Assembly (NCBI GenBank): GCA_965214405.1
Contig: OZ243956.1
Coordinates: 1,440,001 to 1,504,000, forward strand
Direction of reading: 5' to 3'
Origin: Trueperaceae bacterium
Lineage (GTDB): Bacteria; Deinococcota; Deinococci; Deinococcales; Trueperaceae
Length of the DNA stretch: 64,000 bases
Shown: one piece after another, positions 46,965 through 57,451 of the stretch
How positions within the stretch are numbered: the stretch's first letter is position 1
Layout of the letters: each line of letters opens with the position of its first letter
The notes under the pieces: model-generated
Told to the model about the DNA's origin: nothing
What the model saw: the letters and a program-made list of their open reading frames with translations, nothing else
The model's database searches: none
Made by a program: the position numbers and the translations under genes

Positions 46965-49880
46965 TTACTTAACCTTTACGACAAACGTCACGGTGAGCGT
47001 CGCAGCTTGCGGCATCGTGTCGGCGTCCGTAATGGTGTTGTCGCCATTCGTGTCCACCGCCACGTAGACGGTTCCGCCCGCCGCGAGCGAGGAAAGCGAA
47101 GAGCGCCAAGTTACACTCGCGGGATTGGTGGAGGTGTAGTTGCTCGAGTAGAGCACCGCGCTGTTTGTCGCGTAGCCCGTGCCCACCGCGCTCACCGATT
47201 GGAAGTCGGTAAAGCCGCTTAGCGCGTCGCGCACGACGACTTGCTGAAGGGCGCTGTTGCCCTTGTTGTTGGCGACGATGGTGTAGCACAAGAAGTCGCC
47301 GGGGTTGGCGTCGTCGCCCTGGACGGTATTGTTATTGCGATCGACGCGGTTGACGGTGCTGCTGCACGTTGTCGGGGTGGGTTGCGCGCCGTCAAAGGTC
47401 ACGGCGGATTTAGCGAGCTCTAACGACCCACCCACAACCTTTGTCACGTCCGTGACGCTGTCGGACGCGACTGCGCCGCTCGAGTAGGTCGCGGTTGCGG
47501 TGATGGTTGCCGTTTCAGTCTCACCCACACGCGCGTCGAAGGGTGTCGGCGCAGGCACCGTTACCCGCACCAGGAGGCCCCTGGAGCCGCCCGCGGGTAC
47601 GGTCAAGTTGCTGATGCTGGCGCTATAGTTCGTGCCGCCGTCGACCGAATAGGCGTAAGTCCAGCCGTTGGCGCTCGTATAGGCGGGAATATTGACCGTC
47701 GCGTCGGTGTTGCCGCTATTGGTTAGCGTGTGGGTGTAGGTCACAGCGCCGCTATAAGTCACGTTCTGGCCGGGATTCTCGATGTTGTCGTAGTTGGGCG
47801 TGAACGAGAACTCGGTGACCTCATTGACAGTTACCGTTGTCGAGACCGTGTCGCTGCTCCGGGTCGAGTCTTTGTCGCTGGTCACCGCGAACGCAAGCGG
47901 GTAGGCGGCGGGAGACGCGCCCGCGGGTATGGTCACAACGGCGGCGTAACAGATAGTCTCGCCTACGTTGACGGTGCCCGAGTTGGTTTCCGCAGCACCG
48001 TTTGCGACGCCGTCGCAGTTGCTGTCGATCCTAAATACGACGCTCCAGCCTGCGGGAAGGGTCGGGGCGATCATCTCAAAGCTGTCCTTTTGCGCGCCGG
48101 TATTGGCAAGCTCGAGCGGGAAGACAATCGTCGTGCCCGGGTTTGCCGTGACGCCCGCGGGGTCGTCGTCTGTGGCGTCACCGTCGCCCGCCTGGCCGCC
48201 CCGCACGCCGTCGCTGTTCGTCGCCAAGTCCACGCTGTAGCCACCCTGCGGCGCAGGAATCTCGTCGAGCGTGACGTCGGACGGGTTGCCGGGGCCGTTT
48301 TGAGAGGTGGCGGTGAGCGTGGTGGTGCTCGCCACGCCTCCTACGGGCACATTGACCTTGACCACGACGTTGGCTGCGCCGCCTGCGACCACGCTCACTT
48401 GCGAATTCGTAAGCGGCGTTAAACCGTTGCTCTCGTAAAGCGTGACGGTATACCCTTGAGCGTTGGTGACGGCGAGCGTGTAGGTGTCGGTCGCGTTGCC
48501 GGGGTTCTTGATGGTGTTGACGAAAGCGACGGTGTCGCCTGTGTAGACGGAGCTGGTGACCGTTTGAGCGTCCGTTCGGGCGCTGTGAGAGCCTGAAAAG
48601 GAATAGGTCCAGGTTTTACCGTTGTCGGGGTCCGTATAGGTTACACCCGTTGTACTGAGAGTGTCGCCGCCCGTTTCCGTTGCCGAGGGCTGGCCCCGCG
48701 GGCCGACCGCCACGCCGTACGTTGCGTCTACGGTGCTCGTGACCGGCGGAGTAGTAAAGGTTTCGTCACCGTCGTTGGCGTCGCCGTCGCCGTTGGCGTC
48801 GTAGCGGAGCGTGGCGGCGTTAGCATAAGAAGTCGCAGCGGCGGCGTTGGACGGAACCCGCACGTTGAACGCGAGGCTGTAAGTCGCGCCCGCCGAGAAG
48901 AACTGACCCGTACCCTCAACAAGCAGGCCCAGCGCGTTCACGCCGCTCGCGGGCTGCGTCGCCGTCCAAGTCGTTCCCCCGTCAACCGAATAAAGCACGA
49001 CGGCTGTTCCCGCCCCCGTCGTAGGCGTAACGCTACCCGCCGCGCTCCCGGCGTAGCTTAAGCCGCTCGGGATGACGTCGGTAACCAAGAAACCGGTTCT
49101 GGCCGCACCGTCCACCGTCACCACGTTGCTGAGCGCGTAGGCGGCGGTGCCCCCTAGGTTTTTGCCCGAAAGCGTGTAAGTCATCACGTCATTGGGAACG
49201 ACGTTTGTCTTATTGGCGGTTTTTGAGAGCGTCACGTTGGGCGGCGTTTTGGCGACCACCTGCGACCAGTTGTTGACATCAGCCACGGTGGGCGCAGCAT
49301 TAAAGGAACCCTCGAGGTTCAAGTTGCCGACTTGATTGTTGTTCGCTCCCGTCTGGTCGGGGATTTTCACCTTAACGACGATGTAGGCTTCTCCATCGGC
49401 ACCGAGCGCGACGGAAGAAACGGTAGTATCGCCCGGTGCGGGCCGGTCACCGGGGGCGGCAACCTGGTAAAGCTCGAGCACCGTAAAGTTAAAGTCGTCA
49501 AACGCGCCCTGCTTACCGAAAAGGTTTATCAGGTCCGTTTCACCCGTTTTGGTGTTGCTCGTGTTCGTGACGGTGTACTCGAAAAAGAGTTCGCCTTGTA
49601 AAAGGCCCGTTTTTGTCTGCCCAAACGTCGCAACCTCGTCTTCAGTTGCGGTGGGGGCACCGTTGGCGTCCAAAGAGTTGGGCGCGATGGTTAAGCTGTA
49701 GACCTTTTGCACCACCGTCACGACTTCGTTGGACTGGGCGGTCTGGGTTTGACCGCTCGAGTCCACATAACTCGCTTGCGCGGTGTTCTTGATTTGTGTG
49801 TCGGCCTTCGTGCCCGCCGCAAACGCTGCGCCAAAAAGCAGCGTCAGCAAGAAGAGAGCTAGGGCGAGGGTTCGTTTCAT
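46965..49880 (-). CDS. Secreted DUF11/Ig-repeat protein, putative major fibre subunit
   Basis: Signal peptide (AFA-A), N-terminal GTKADTQIKNTAQASY...SNEV, several NxGN Ig repeats, ends LAKS...VRDAL...TFVVKVK*. Confidence 0.85.
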   Translation of the reverse strand: MKRTLALALFLLTLLFGAAFAAGTKADTQIKNTAQASYVDSSGQTQTAQSNEVVTVVQKVYSLTIAPNSLDANGAPTATEDEVATFGQTKTGLLQGELFFEYTVTNTSNTKTGETDLINLFGKQGAFDDFNFTVLELYQVAAPGDRPAPGDTTVSSVALGADGEAYIVVKVKIPDQTGANNNQVGNLNLEGSFNAAPTVADVNNWSQVVAKTPPNVTLSKTANKTNVVPNDVMTYTLSGKNLGGTAAYALSNVVTVDGAARTGFLVTDVIPSGLSYAGSAAGSVTPTTGAGTAVVLYSVDGGTTWTATQPASGVNALGLLVEGTGQFFSAGATYSLAFNVRVPSNAAAATSYANAATLRYDANGDGDANDGDETFTTPPVTSTVDATYGVAVGPRGQPSATETGGDTLSTTGVTYTDPDNGKTWTYSFSGSHSARTDAQTVTSSVYTGDTVAFVNTIKNPGNATDTYTLAVTNAQGYTVTLYESNGLTPLTNSQVSVVAGGAANVVVKVNVPVGGVASTTTLTATSQNGPGNPSDVTLDEIPAPQGGYSVDLATNSDGVRGGQAGDGDATDDDPAGVTANPGTTIVFPLELANTGAQKDSFEMIAPTLPAGWSVVFRIDSNCDGVANGAAETNSGTVNVGETICYAAVVTIPAGASPAAYPLAFAVTSDKDSTRSSDTVSTTVTVNEVTEFSFTPNYDNIENPGQNVTYSGAVTYTHTLTNSGNTDATVNIPAYTSANGWTYAYSVDGGTNYSASISNLTVPAGGSRGLLVRVTVPAPTPFDARVGETETATITATATYSSGAVASDSVTDVTKVVGGSLELAKSAVTFDGAQPTPTTCSSTVNRVDRNNNTVQGDDANPGDFLCYTIVANNKGNSALQQVVVRDALSGFTDFQSVSAVGTGYATNSAVLYSSNYTSTNPASVTWRSSLSSLAAGGTVYVAVDTNGDNTITDADTMPQAATLTVTFVVKVK

Positions 49881-50040
49881 ATGGGTCTCCTAGAGAAAAT
49901 AGGGGTGAGGTGGGGCGGGGCGGCGCGAGGTGGCAGTAGAACAAGTGCGCGTTCGGACTGCGGGGCGGATTCTGAGGTGGGCTGTGTGCCGGATGGGGGG
50001 GGCGGTACGGTGTGCGGAAGTTCGGATAACTACACGCAAC

Positions 50041-50556
50041 CTAGCGAACGGTGACGCGGTAGCGAAAGTTCATACTCGCCTCGGGTGCCAAGGGCGTCAA
50101 CAGGAGCCAGCGAACCGCGTTGTATTGCGACGGGTCGGCGACGACTTCCTCTTCTTCACCCTCTTCGTTGGTCACCATTATCATCACCGGGGGCTCCGCA
50201 AAGGTCTCGCCGCCGTCGGCGGAAAACTCTAAGCGCGCGGCTTCCGCGGGCGTGGCCGACGGGAAATACTGCACTTCGCTCGGCACGGGTCCGGTAAGCG
50301 CCAACCCCTCCGGCAGGGTTTCGCCGCTCTGGTTTTGGACCGCTAAGCGGTACTCCAGGACCTCACCGGGCGTGGCCGTTTCGGCTGACGAAAAGCGCTC
50401 CTCGGTGGTGCCATCGTCCAAGGTCACGGTGGTGACGAGGTAGGACTCGAGCGTGACCGCCACGGGCTCCACCTGGGCCTCTCCCTGCGCTCCAGCCCAC
50501 AAGGGACACAGCGCCACAAACAGCGCCACAACAAGAACACACACATAACGTCTCAT
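50041..50556 (-). CDS. Small secreted single truncated-DUF11 protein, putative chaperone or cap
   Basis: Signal peptide from ATG 50556; PGEVLEYRLAVQN, FSADGGETF, VRW, ends FRYRVTVR*. Confidence 0.8.
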   Translation of the reverse strand: MRRYVCVLVVALFVALCPLWAGAQGEAQVEPVAVTLESYLVTTVTLDDGTTEERFSSAETATPGEVLEYRLAVQNQSGETLPEGLALTGPVPSEVQYFPSATPAEAARLEFSADGGETFAEPPVMIMVTNEEGEEEEVVADPSQYNAVRWLLLTPLAPEASMNFRYRVTVR

Positions 50557-50904
50557 AAAATCTCCTGACACCCCTAAAATTTCCTCTGGTGGTTTCGACA
50601 GGCTGAGGCGGCCTCTCTTTGTGCCGCACACCCGTCAACCTTGACCATTGTTGCCGAACGCGCAAAAGCGCGTTATGAAAGATTCTGCCTCGGCCTTAAA
50701 GAGTGAACTTTTCGTCCGTTCTGGACGTAACATTCTCTACATCTCAGGGCGGTTGTCATCCTCTCGTAGACTTCTTCACGACCCCTTGTGGCCTATGCGG
50801 GTCCTCGCCCCCCACCCCCGGAGTATGGTGGAAGGGTGCGGGGTCTTGTTGAAAAGTTTGACCGTCCTAAACGTGCGGTGCGGACCGCGGTAACGGCCGA
50901 GCTG

Positions 50905-50939
50905 ACGGCTGGGTCAACGGCTGGGTCAACGGCTGGGTC
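50905..50939 (+). repeat. 12-bp tandem repeat, about 3 copies
   Basis: ACGGCTGGGTCA twice plus ACGGCTGGGTC. Confidence 0.85.
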
Positions 50940-50963
50940 GGCGCGTTCAGGAAGCGGCGCAGC

Positions 50964-51617
50964 GTGACCGGGCTCGAGGAGGTGTCGCCGGGTGTCTTGT
51001 CTCTTCTGGGGCGCGTGCTGACGCTCCGGGAGGAACCCTTCGCGTGGGTGATGCGTGAACCCACCGGGCTCCGGCTGGCGCTCGCGGTGGTGGTGGTGGC
51101 CGGACTCTCCGAGGCTTTGGGGCAGAGTGTGGTGCTGTTCGCCAACCGCGTTAAACCGCGGCGCTTTGTCGCCTCGCTATTTTTGTCCGCCGGACTCTAC
51201 ACCGCGGGTTTCGTGCTCTGGGCGCTCTCCGTGTGGCTGGTCGGCGCTTATGTGTTTGATAGTCAGCAAAGTTTACGCACCGTCACCAAGGCCATCGGCC
51301 TCGCGTATACGCCCTACTTATTTTCTTTTTTCGTCCTCACGCCCTTCTTCGGCGACGGCGTCGCGGTGGCGCTTTCGCTGTGGAGCCTCCTGGCGGTGCT
51401 CGTGGCGGTGCAGGTGACGCTCGCCTTGACGCTTCCCCAGGCGCTCCTTTGCGGCGCGCTGGGCTGGGTGCTCTTGCAACTGGTGCGCCGCACCGTGGGT
51501 CGCCCCGTCATTTGGGGCGTGCTCTGGCTGCGGGGGCGCATCGCGGGGGTGCCGCTCATTACCGGGCGCGAGGCGTTGCAAGAACTCTTGCGTGAACACG
51601 ACGAAACGAGGGGCTAG
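50964..51617 (+). CDS. Yip1-like integral membrane protein
   Basis: Five to six TM helices; SEALGQSVVLFANRV and GLAYTPY motifs. Confidence 0.7.
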   Translation: MTGLEEVSPGVLSLLGRVLTLREEPFAWVMREPTGLRLALAVVVVAGLSEALGQSVVLFANRVKPRRFVASLFLSAGLYTAGFVLWALSVWLVGAYVFDSQQSLRTVTKAIGLAYTPYLFSFFVLTPFFGDGVAVALSLWSLLAVLVAVQVTLALTLPQALLCGALGWVLLQLVRRTVGRPVIWGVLWLRGRIAGVPLITGREALQELLREHDETRG

Positions 51618-52597
51618 TGCCGCTGGGTGACGTTCTAACATTCGTGTTGGTCGTGCTGCTCGGGTTTTTCTTGGCGGGTGTGCTCTCGCCCTTGGAGGCG
51701 CTCGGCTGGTGGGCGGGCTGGTACAAAGGCGACCTAGACGCCCCCCAAGAAGGTTTGAAAGACGCCGCGGAGGATGCGGACGCCTACGTCATCTTCCTGT
51801 CGGGTATCCACAGCGTCTCGGGCGAGGCTTACGCGCCGCGCGAGGTTGCGTTTCTCGAGCGCCTGGAAGCGCGTTTGCCCAGGGTCGTCGTCGAGGACGT
51901 GTTTCCCTACTCGGTTCTCAACCGCGCGCTCACGGGCCAGCGCGTGTTCTCGTGGCTCTGGCGTTGGAACCTAAACCGCAAGCTGCACGGCCCCGGCCTG
52001 GCGGGTTTTATGATCAACGTGCGTAACCTCTGGCAGGTGGCCGTAAGCGCGGACAGGCGCTACGGTCCCATTTACAACCAGGGCACCACCGAGATCCTTT
52101 TAGCGGGCCTGGTGCATCATGGCTACAGGGTCGGCAGCGGCGTGCCGGTCACGCTGATTGGCTACAGCGGCGGCGGGCAGATCGCGGTCGGGGCGAGTCC
52201 CTACCTCAAAGAAGCCCTTGGCGGCGCGCCCATCAGCGTGATTACTTTAGGCGGCGTGATAAGCGCCGACCCCGGCATACTCTCGCTGGACGGCCTCTAC
52301 TATCTCTACGGAAGCCGCGACGGCGTCCAGCGCATCGGCGCACTCCTGTCGGCGCGCCGCTGGCCCTTCGTCCCCTTTTCGCCCTGGAGCCGCGCCAAAG
52401 AGGCGGGCATCATCCGCCTCATCAAAACGGGCGCGCAAACGCACACGGGGCCGGGTTCGTACTTAGACGCCGAGGACTTTTTACCCGACGGGCGGAGCCA
52501 GTTGGACGCGACGTTGGACGTCGTCACGGACGTGGTGCGCGGCAGCCTTCGCAATCGGCGAAACATGAAAACGCCCGCACATATCCATCAAGCCTGA
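51617..52597 (+). CDS. Membrane-anchored alpha/beta hydrolase-like hypothetical protein
   Basis: N-terminal TM helix, LIGYSGGG nucleophile elbow, late His (HTGPGSY). Confidence 0.65.
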   Translation: MPLGDVLTFVLVVLLGFFLAGVLSPLEALGWWAGWYKGDLDAPQEGLKDAAEDADAYVIFLSGIHSVSGEAYAPREVAFLERLEARLPRVVVEDVFPYSVLNRALTGQRVFSWLWRWNLNRKLHGPGLAGFMINVRNLWQVAVSADRRYGPIYNQGTTEILLAGLVHHGYRVGSGVPVTLIGYSGGGQIAVGASPYLKEALGGAPISVITLGGVISADPGILSLDGLYYLYGSRDGVQRIGALLSARRWPFVPFSPWSRAKEAGIIRLIKTGAQTHTGPGSYLDAEDFLPDGRSQLDATLDVVTDVVRGSLRNRRNMKTPAHIHQA

Positions 52598-52817
52598 ACA
52601 TTGAAGGCGTCCCAAATTTTATGAGCAAGTGCCTTCGCGCCGGTGACGAAGCCCGTTCAGAGTCACACACTTTACTTGTTACACCGCCGAACGTTTAGAG
52701 TAGGAGCACCCAGGTTTGAGCGCGTATAGTTTTGACACCACCGTCGCTAGGCAGCGGACTGCACAACCAGGACGGGGTTTAGGTGATGGTATTTTTACCC
52801 TCGCTCAACCCACAAGC

Positions 52818-53978
52818 TCACGCCCAACGCGCCTCCGTCCACTTCCGCTCGCTCTGAGCGCTCTGAACGGTTTTCTCGATAAAGTAAACGCCCCTGGCCC
52901 CGTCGTAAACGGTCGGGAAGTCGGCCTCGAGCCCACTCGGTTCCCGCCCCTCTTGCTTGACTTGGATGGTGGCAGCGACGTTTTTATAAACGTTGGCGAA
53001 CGCCTCAATAAACGCTTCTGGATGCCCCGCCGGAAGCCGACTCGCCCGCTGCGCCGCCTCGCAAAGATAGGGCTGACCGCGCGTGAGAATTTGCGCGGGT
53101 CCCTCGAGCGGTTTGTAAACGAGACGGTTGGGCTCCTCCTGCCGCCAGGAAAGACCGCCCTCGGAACCGTAAACCCGCAGGCGCAGGTCATTCTCCTCCC
53201 CCACTTCAATCTGTGAGGCGATAAGCACACCCTTGGCCCCGCCCTCGTAACGGAGCAGCAGATTGCCGTCATCGTCCAAGCGCCGCCCCTTGACAAAGGT
53301 GGTGAGGTCGGCGCAAATCGCCTCGATGTCCAGACCCGTCACGGTGGAGACCAGGTTTTCAGCGTGCGAGCCGATGTCGCCAATCGCGCCCGCCGCGCCC
53401 GAACGCGCGGGGTCGGTGCGCCAGTCAGCTTGTTTGGCACCGGTCTCCTCGAGCTTCGTCGCCAGCCAGCCCTGGTTATATTCGACAATCACCTTGCGAA
53501 GCTCACCCAGCCGCCCTTGCTTGACCAGGTGCCGCGCCTCTTTGACCATCGGATAACCCGTGTAGTTGTATGTGACCGCAAAAACGACACCCGTTTTTTC
53601 AACCACCTCGATAAGTTTGTTTGCCTGCTCAGAGGTGTGAACCATCGGCTTGTCCGACACCACGTTAAAGCCCGCCTCGGCGAACGCGTGCGCGACGGGG
53701 AAGTGCATGTGGTTGGGCGTCACGACGGAAACGAAGTCGATGCGCTCGCCTTCGGGCAGGGAGGATTCGCGCTCCAACATCTCCTCCCAAGTGCCGTAGT
53801 TGCGTGCGTCGGCGAGACCCAAATCTCGGCCCGAAGCCTTGGCCTTTTCCGGTGTCGAGGAGAGCGCCCCCGCGACGAAATCTATCTCACCATCCAAGGC
53901 GGCAGCGTGGCGGTGGACCGCGCCGATAAAGGCGTCACGCCCGCCGCCGACCATGCCCATTTTGAGTTTCTGCTTCAT
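52818..53978 (-). CDS. Gfo/Idh/MocA family oxidoreductase
   Basis: [38 protein letters not shown]. Confidence 0.93.
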   Translation of the reverse strand: MKQKLKMGMVGGGRDAFIGAVHRHAAALDGEIDFVAGALSSTPEKAKASGRDLGLADARNYGTWEEMLERESSLPEGERIDFVSVVTPNHMHFPVAHAFAEAGFNVVSDKPMVHTSEQANKLIEVVEKTGVVFAVTYNYTGYPMVKEARHLVKQGRLGELRKVIVEYNQGWLATKLEETGAKQADWRTDPARSGAAGAIGDIGSHAENLVSTVTGLDIEAICADLTTFVKGRRLDDDGNLLLRYEGGAKGVLIASQIEVGEENDLRLRVYGSEGGLSWRQEEPNRLVYKPLEGPAQILTRGQPYLCEAAQRASRLPAGHPEAFIEAFANVYKNVAATIQVKQEGREPSGLEADFPTVYDGARGVYFIEKTVQSAQSERKWTEARWA

Positions 53979-54516
53979 ACGCACTCCTTATCTGATTGTT
54001 TACACACTCTAGGAATATATCAGCAAGAGGTTCATACTGCTCGAGGAAAGTCGCAAATCTTTTATCAACTTCTTCGACCGTACTGTACACACCGTTCTGA
54101 GCCAAAATGTAAGAACTATGAAAGTTGTCCACTGCCACAGCATCTTCGTTAGGGTCAAGCAACATCTCTTCTGAAGCTGGAAGCGTTGAGTATAGGCGAT
54201 AAGCAACAGACGAACCTGACATGTTCCCATTCTTCAGTACCGTTGCGTAGAGACCTAACAAAACTTTGAACGCTTGCGCTATATACGCTTCTCCTGAAAG
54301 TTTTTTAAGCAGATGAGCAAGGTCTTGTTCGTTAAGCGTTCTACCCAGAGAAATATCAATGATAGCTTGTTCAGGATTGTCTTCTCGAGCAACTACGCCA
54401 TCAGCCCACGCAATTACTTCATTTTTGGTGAAGTAGCCGCTGATGAGACCTAAACGGTAGACCTCTGCTTGACACCTCCAATCTGTCAGGTCGAGTTGTG
54501 GCAACTGCTCTTTCAC
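53935..54516 (-). CDS. Hypothetical protein, AT-rich insertion
   Basis: 193-aa ORF with visibly lower GC than its flanks; 3' end overlaps the next gene. Confidence 0.6.
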   Translation of the reverse strand: MKEQLPQLDLTDWRCQAEVYRLGLISGYFTKNEVIAWADGVVAREDNPEQAIIDISLGRTLNEQDLAHLLKKLSGEAYIAQAFKVLLGLYATVLKNGNMSGSSVAYRLYSTLPASEEMLLDPNEDAVAVDNFHSSYILAQNGVYSTVEEVDKRFATFLEQYEPLADIFLECVNNQIRSAYEAETQNGHGRRRA

Positions 54517-54547
54517 TATCGACCAGAGCGCCTGTCATGACTCATTA

Positions 54548-55099
54548 CTAGAGCTGCGTTTTGTGATAAGCCATTTCGAAAGTTATGGTTGTGTCGATAC
54601 AAGGAATCGCCACTTCGTCTTCCGAGGTGTAAACGTGCTCCTCCCATCCGTTCTGCCCGCGGCGGAAGCCTGTTATGGCGCGCTTGCGGCTGTCAATAAG
54701 TAGGTAGAATTGTAGACTCTCCAGCTCGAGATAAGCAAAGCGCTTCTCTAAGTAGTCGTTGCGCCAGGTGGTCTTACTCGCTACTTCGACAACCACACAG
54801 GGCGCCGTTTCGTAATAGTCGTCGGCGGGCAGCGCACAAACGATCATGACATCCGGATAGTAGAAGAGCGCGTCGCCAACACGTACTTTCATATCGCTGG
54901 CATAGACGCGGCAGTCGCCAGCGGCGGCGGCGTTGCCGAACGCGCGCGAGACGTTGCCCGTGATCAAGTTGTGCGTCACGCTCGCCCCCGCCATTGCGAA
55001 GACTTCGCCGTAAACGTACTCGTGGCGCAGCCCGGCGTCCCTTTCGCCCGCGAGATAGTCCGCGACGCTGATCTTGGTTACGGGTCGCGAGAAGGCCAT
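54548..55099 (-). CDS. Uma2 family (DUF820) endonuclease-like protein
   Basis: HEYVYGEVFAMAGAS..H, YYPDV, VVEVAS, EKRFAY. Confidence 0.92.
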   Translation of the reverse strand: MAFSRPVTKISVADYLAGERDAGLRHEYVYGEVFAMAGASVTHNLITGNVSRAFGNAAAAGDCRVYASDMKVRVGDALFYYPDVMIVCALPADDYYETAPCVVVEVASKTTWRNDYLEKRFAYLELESLQFYLLIDSRKRAITGFRRGQNGWEEHVYTSEDEVAIPCIDTTITFEMAYHKTQL

Positions 55100-55108
55100 A
55101 ATATCAGC

Positions 55109-56110
<1,002 letters not shown>

Positions 56111-56259
56111 AGTGTCCTCCCCTTGTAAGCCGGACGGAAAACGGGTCAAGCCGCCTCACCTTCCGACCGGTTGAATGAGCCTATTTAACCACGTTGCTCG
56201 GAGGCGCGGCGAACTGCCCCTCATAAATCAGAATTTACGTCTGCCCAAAGAGCAAACAG

Positions 56260-56294
56260 TGAGCCGTTAGCAGCTACTCACCACTAACGGCTCA
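56260..56294. terminator. Stem-loop downstream of the binding-protein gene
   Basis: TGAGCCGTTAG...CTAACGGCTCA inverted repeat. Confidence 0.5.
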
Positions 56295-56346
56295 TCCCTT
56301 TCATTTACCGTTGCTCGGCCTAACGCCTAGCCTTAGCTCATCCCGT

Positions 56347-57312
56347 TTAGTAAAGCGAGTCGGGAAAGTAATACTGCTCCGCGTTCTCCGGCGTGATGAG
56401 GGGCGCGTCGAGGATGTATTCGCCCAGAATCGGCGTTTCGCTGGCGTAGCGCAGCGCGGTCACTTCCATCGCGGTGCCGATCATCGCGGGCGGGTAGAGC
56501 ACGTCCACGGGCACGAGCGGGTCGTTGTCCAGCACGCGCTTGATGATTTCCTTTTTGCCCGCGCCGCCGACGATGAAGAGTTCGTCCTCACGCCCGGCCT
56601 GCATGATGGCCTCGATGGCGCCTTCCGCCACGTCGTCGTCTTGCGCCCAGACCCCGTCGATGTCGGGGAAGCGCGCCAGAAAGTCCTGCATGATTTCAAA
56701 GCCCTTGTCGCGGTTCCAGTCGGCGTAGGCGCTATCCAACACGTTGATGCCGCTGCCTTGAATAGCCGCCATAAACGCGTCGAAGCGCTCCGTGTCGATA
56801 ACGACGGGCAGCCCGCGCAAAATCACGATGTTGGCGTCTTGACCGCCCAAGCGCTCGGCGAAGTATTCGCCCGAAACGCGGCCCAAAGCGGGATTGTTGC
56901 CCGCCACGTACACGTCGGCGATGTCGTCACGGGCTAAGCCCCGGTCCACCACGGTCACGAACACGCCCTGGTTTTTGAGGTTGGCGACGGGGTCGGTGAG
57001 CGGGTCGGACTCGTAGGGGAGGATGACGAGCGCGTCGATCTGGTTGATGGCGACCAAGTCTTCTAGGTCGCTCGCCTGCTCAGAAGGATTGGCGGCGGTG
57101 GCGATGATGATGTCTAGGTTCGGGTAGGTGGCCTCGAGCCGCTCTTCGGTCTGCGCGGCCCAGTAGTTGATGCCGCCCGTCCAGCCGTGGTCGGCGGTGG
57201 GGATGGACACGCCGATGGTGATGGTTTCGTCACTTTGGGCGCTACTGGTTGAAAGGGCAATGAAAAAGGCAGTCAAAAGGATGGCGAGAAGAATGGTTGT
57301 ACGTCGTTTCAT
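56347..57312 (-). CDS. Monosaccharide ABC transporter substrate-binding protein (RbsB type)
   Basis: Signal peptide from ATG 57312, IPTADHGW, VVDR, WAQDDD. Confidence 0.92.
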   Translation of the reverse strand: MKRRTTILLAILLTAFFIALSTSSAQSDETITIGVSIPTADHGWTGGINYWAAQTEERLEATYPNLDIIIATAANPSEQASDLEDLVAINQIDALVILPYESDPLTDPVANLKNQGVFVTVVDRGLARDDIADVYVAGNNPALGRVSGEYFAERLGGQDANIVILRGLPVVIDTERFDAFMAAIQGSGINVLDSAYADWNRDKGFEIMQDFLARFPDIDGVWAQDDDVAEGAIEAIMQAGREDELFIVGGAGKKEIIKRVLDNDPLVPVDVLYPPAMIGTAMEVTALRYASETPILGEYILDAPLITPENAEQYYFPDSLY

Positions 57313-57451
57313 AAAGTTCCTTTCTTTTTGTAAGTTTCCGTAAATATTATACATGAATTGCGTTCCGGCTTCTGGAGGCTCGGCACTTTGCGCTACATCA
57401 TCTCTCACAAGAACTTTCACGGGAAATTTCATAGCGGCTCTCGCACCGTCC

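Noticed and set aside
49995..50002. G8 tract in the leader of the shaft gene as a phase-variation switch
   Set aside because: Short, non-coding and within a generally G-rich stretch; no evidence of a promoter spacer role
38567..50556. Classical chaperone-usher, sortase or type IV pilus assignment
   Set aside because: No PapD/PapC motifs, LPxTG signals, sortase or prepilin cleavage motif were seen
50557..50870. c-di-GMP-I riboswitch upstream of the DUF11 operon
   Set aside because: A GTCTAC...ATGACAACCG stretch on the minus strand is faintly similar, but the GGCAAAC/GAAA/GCAAAG core is absent
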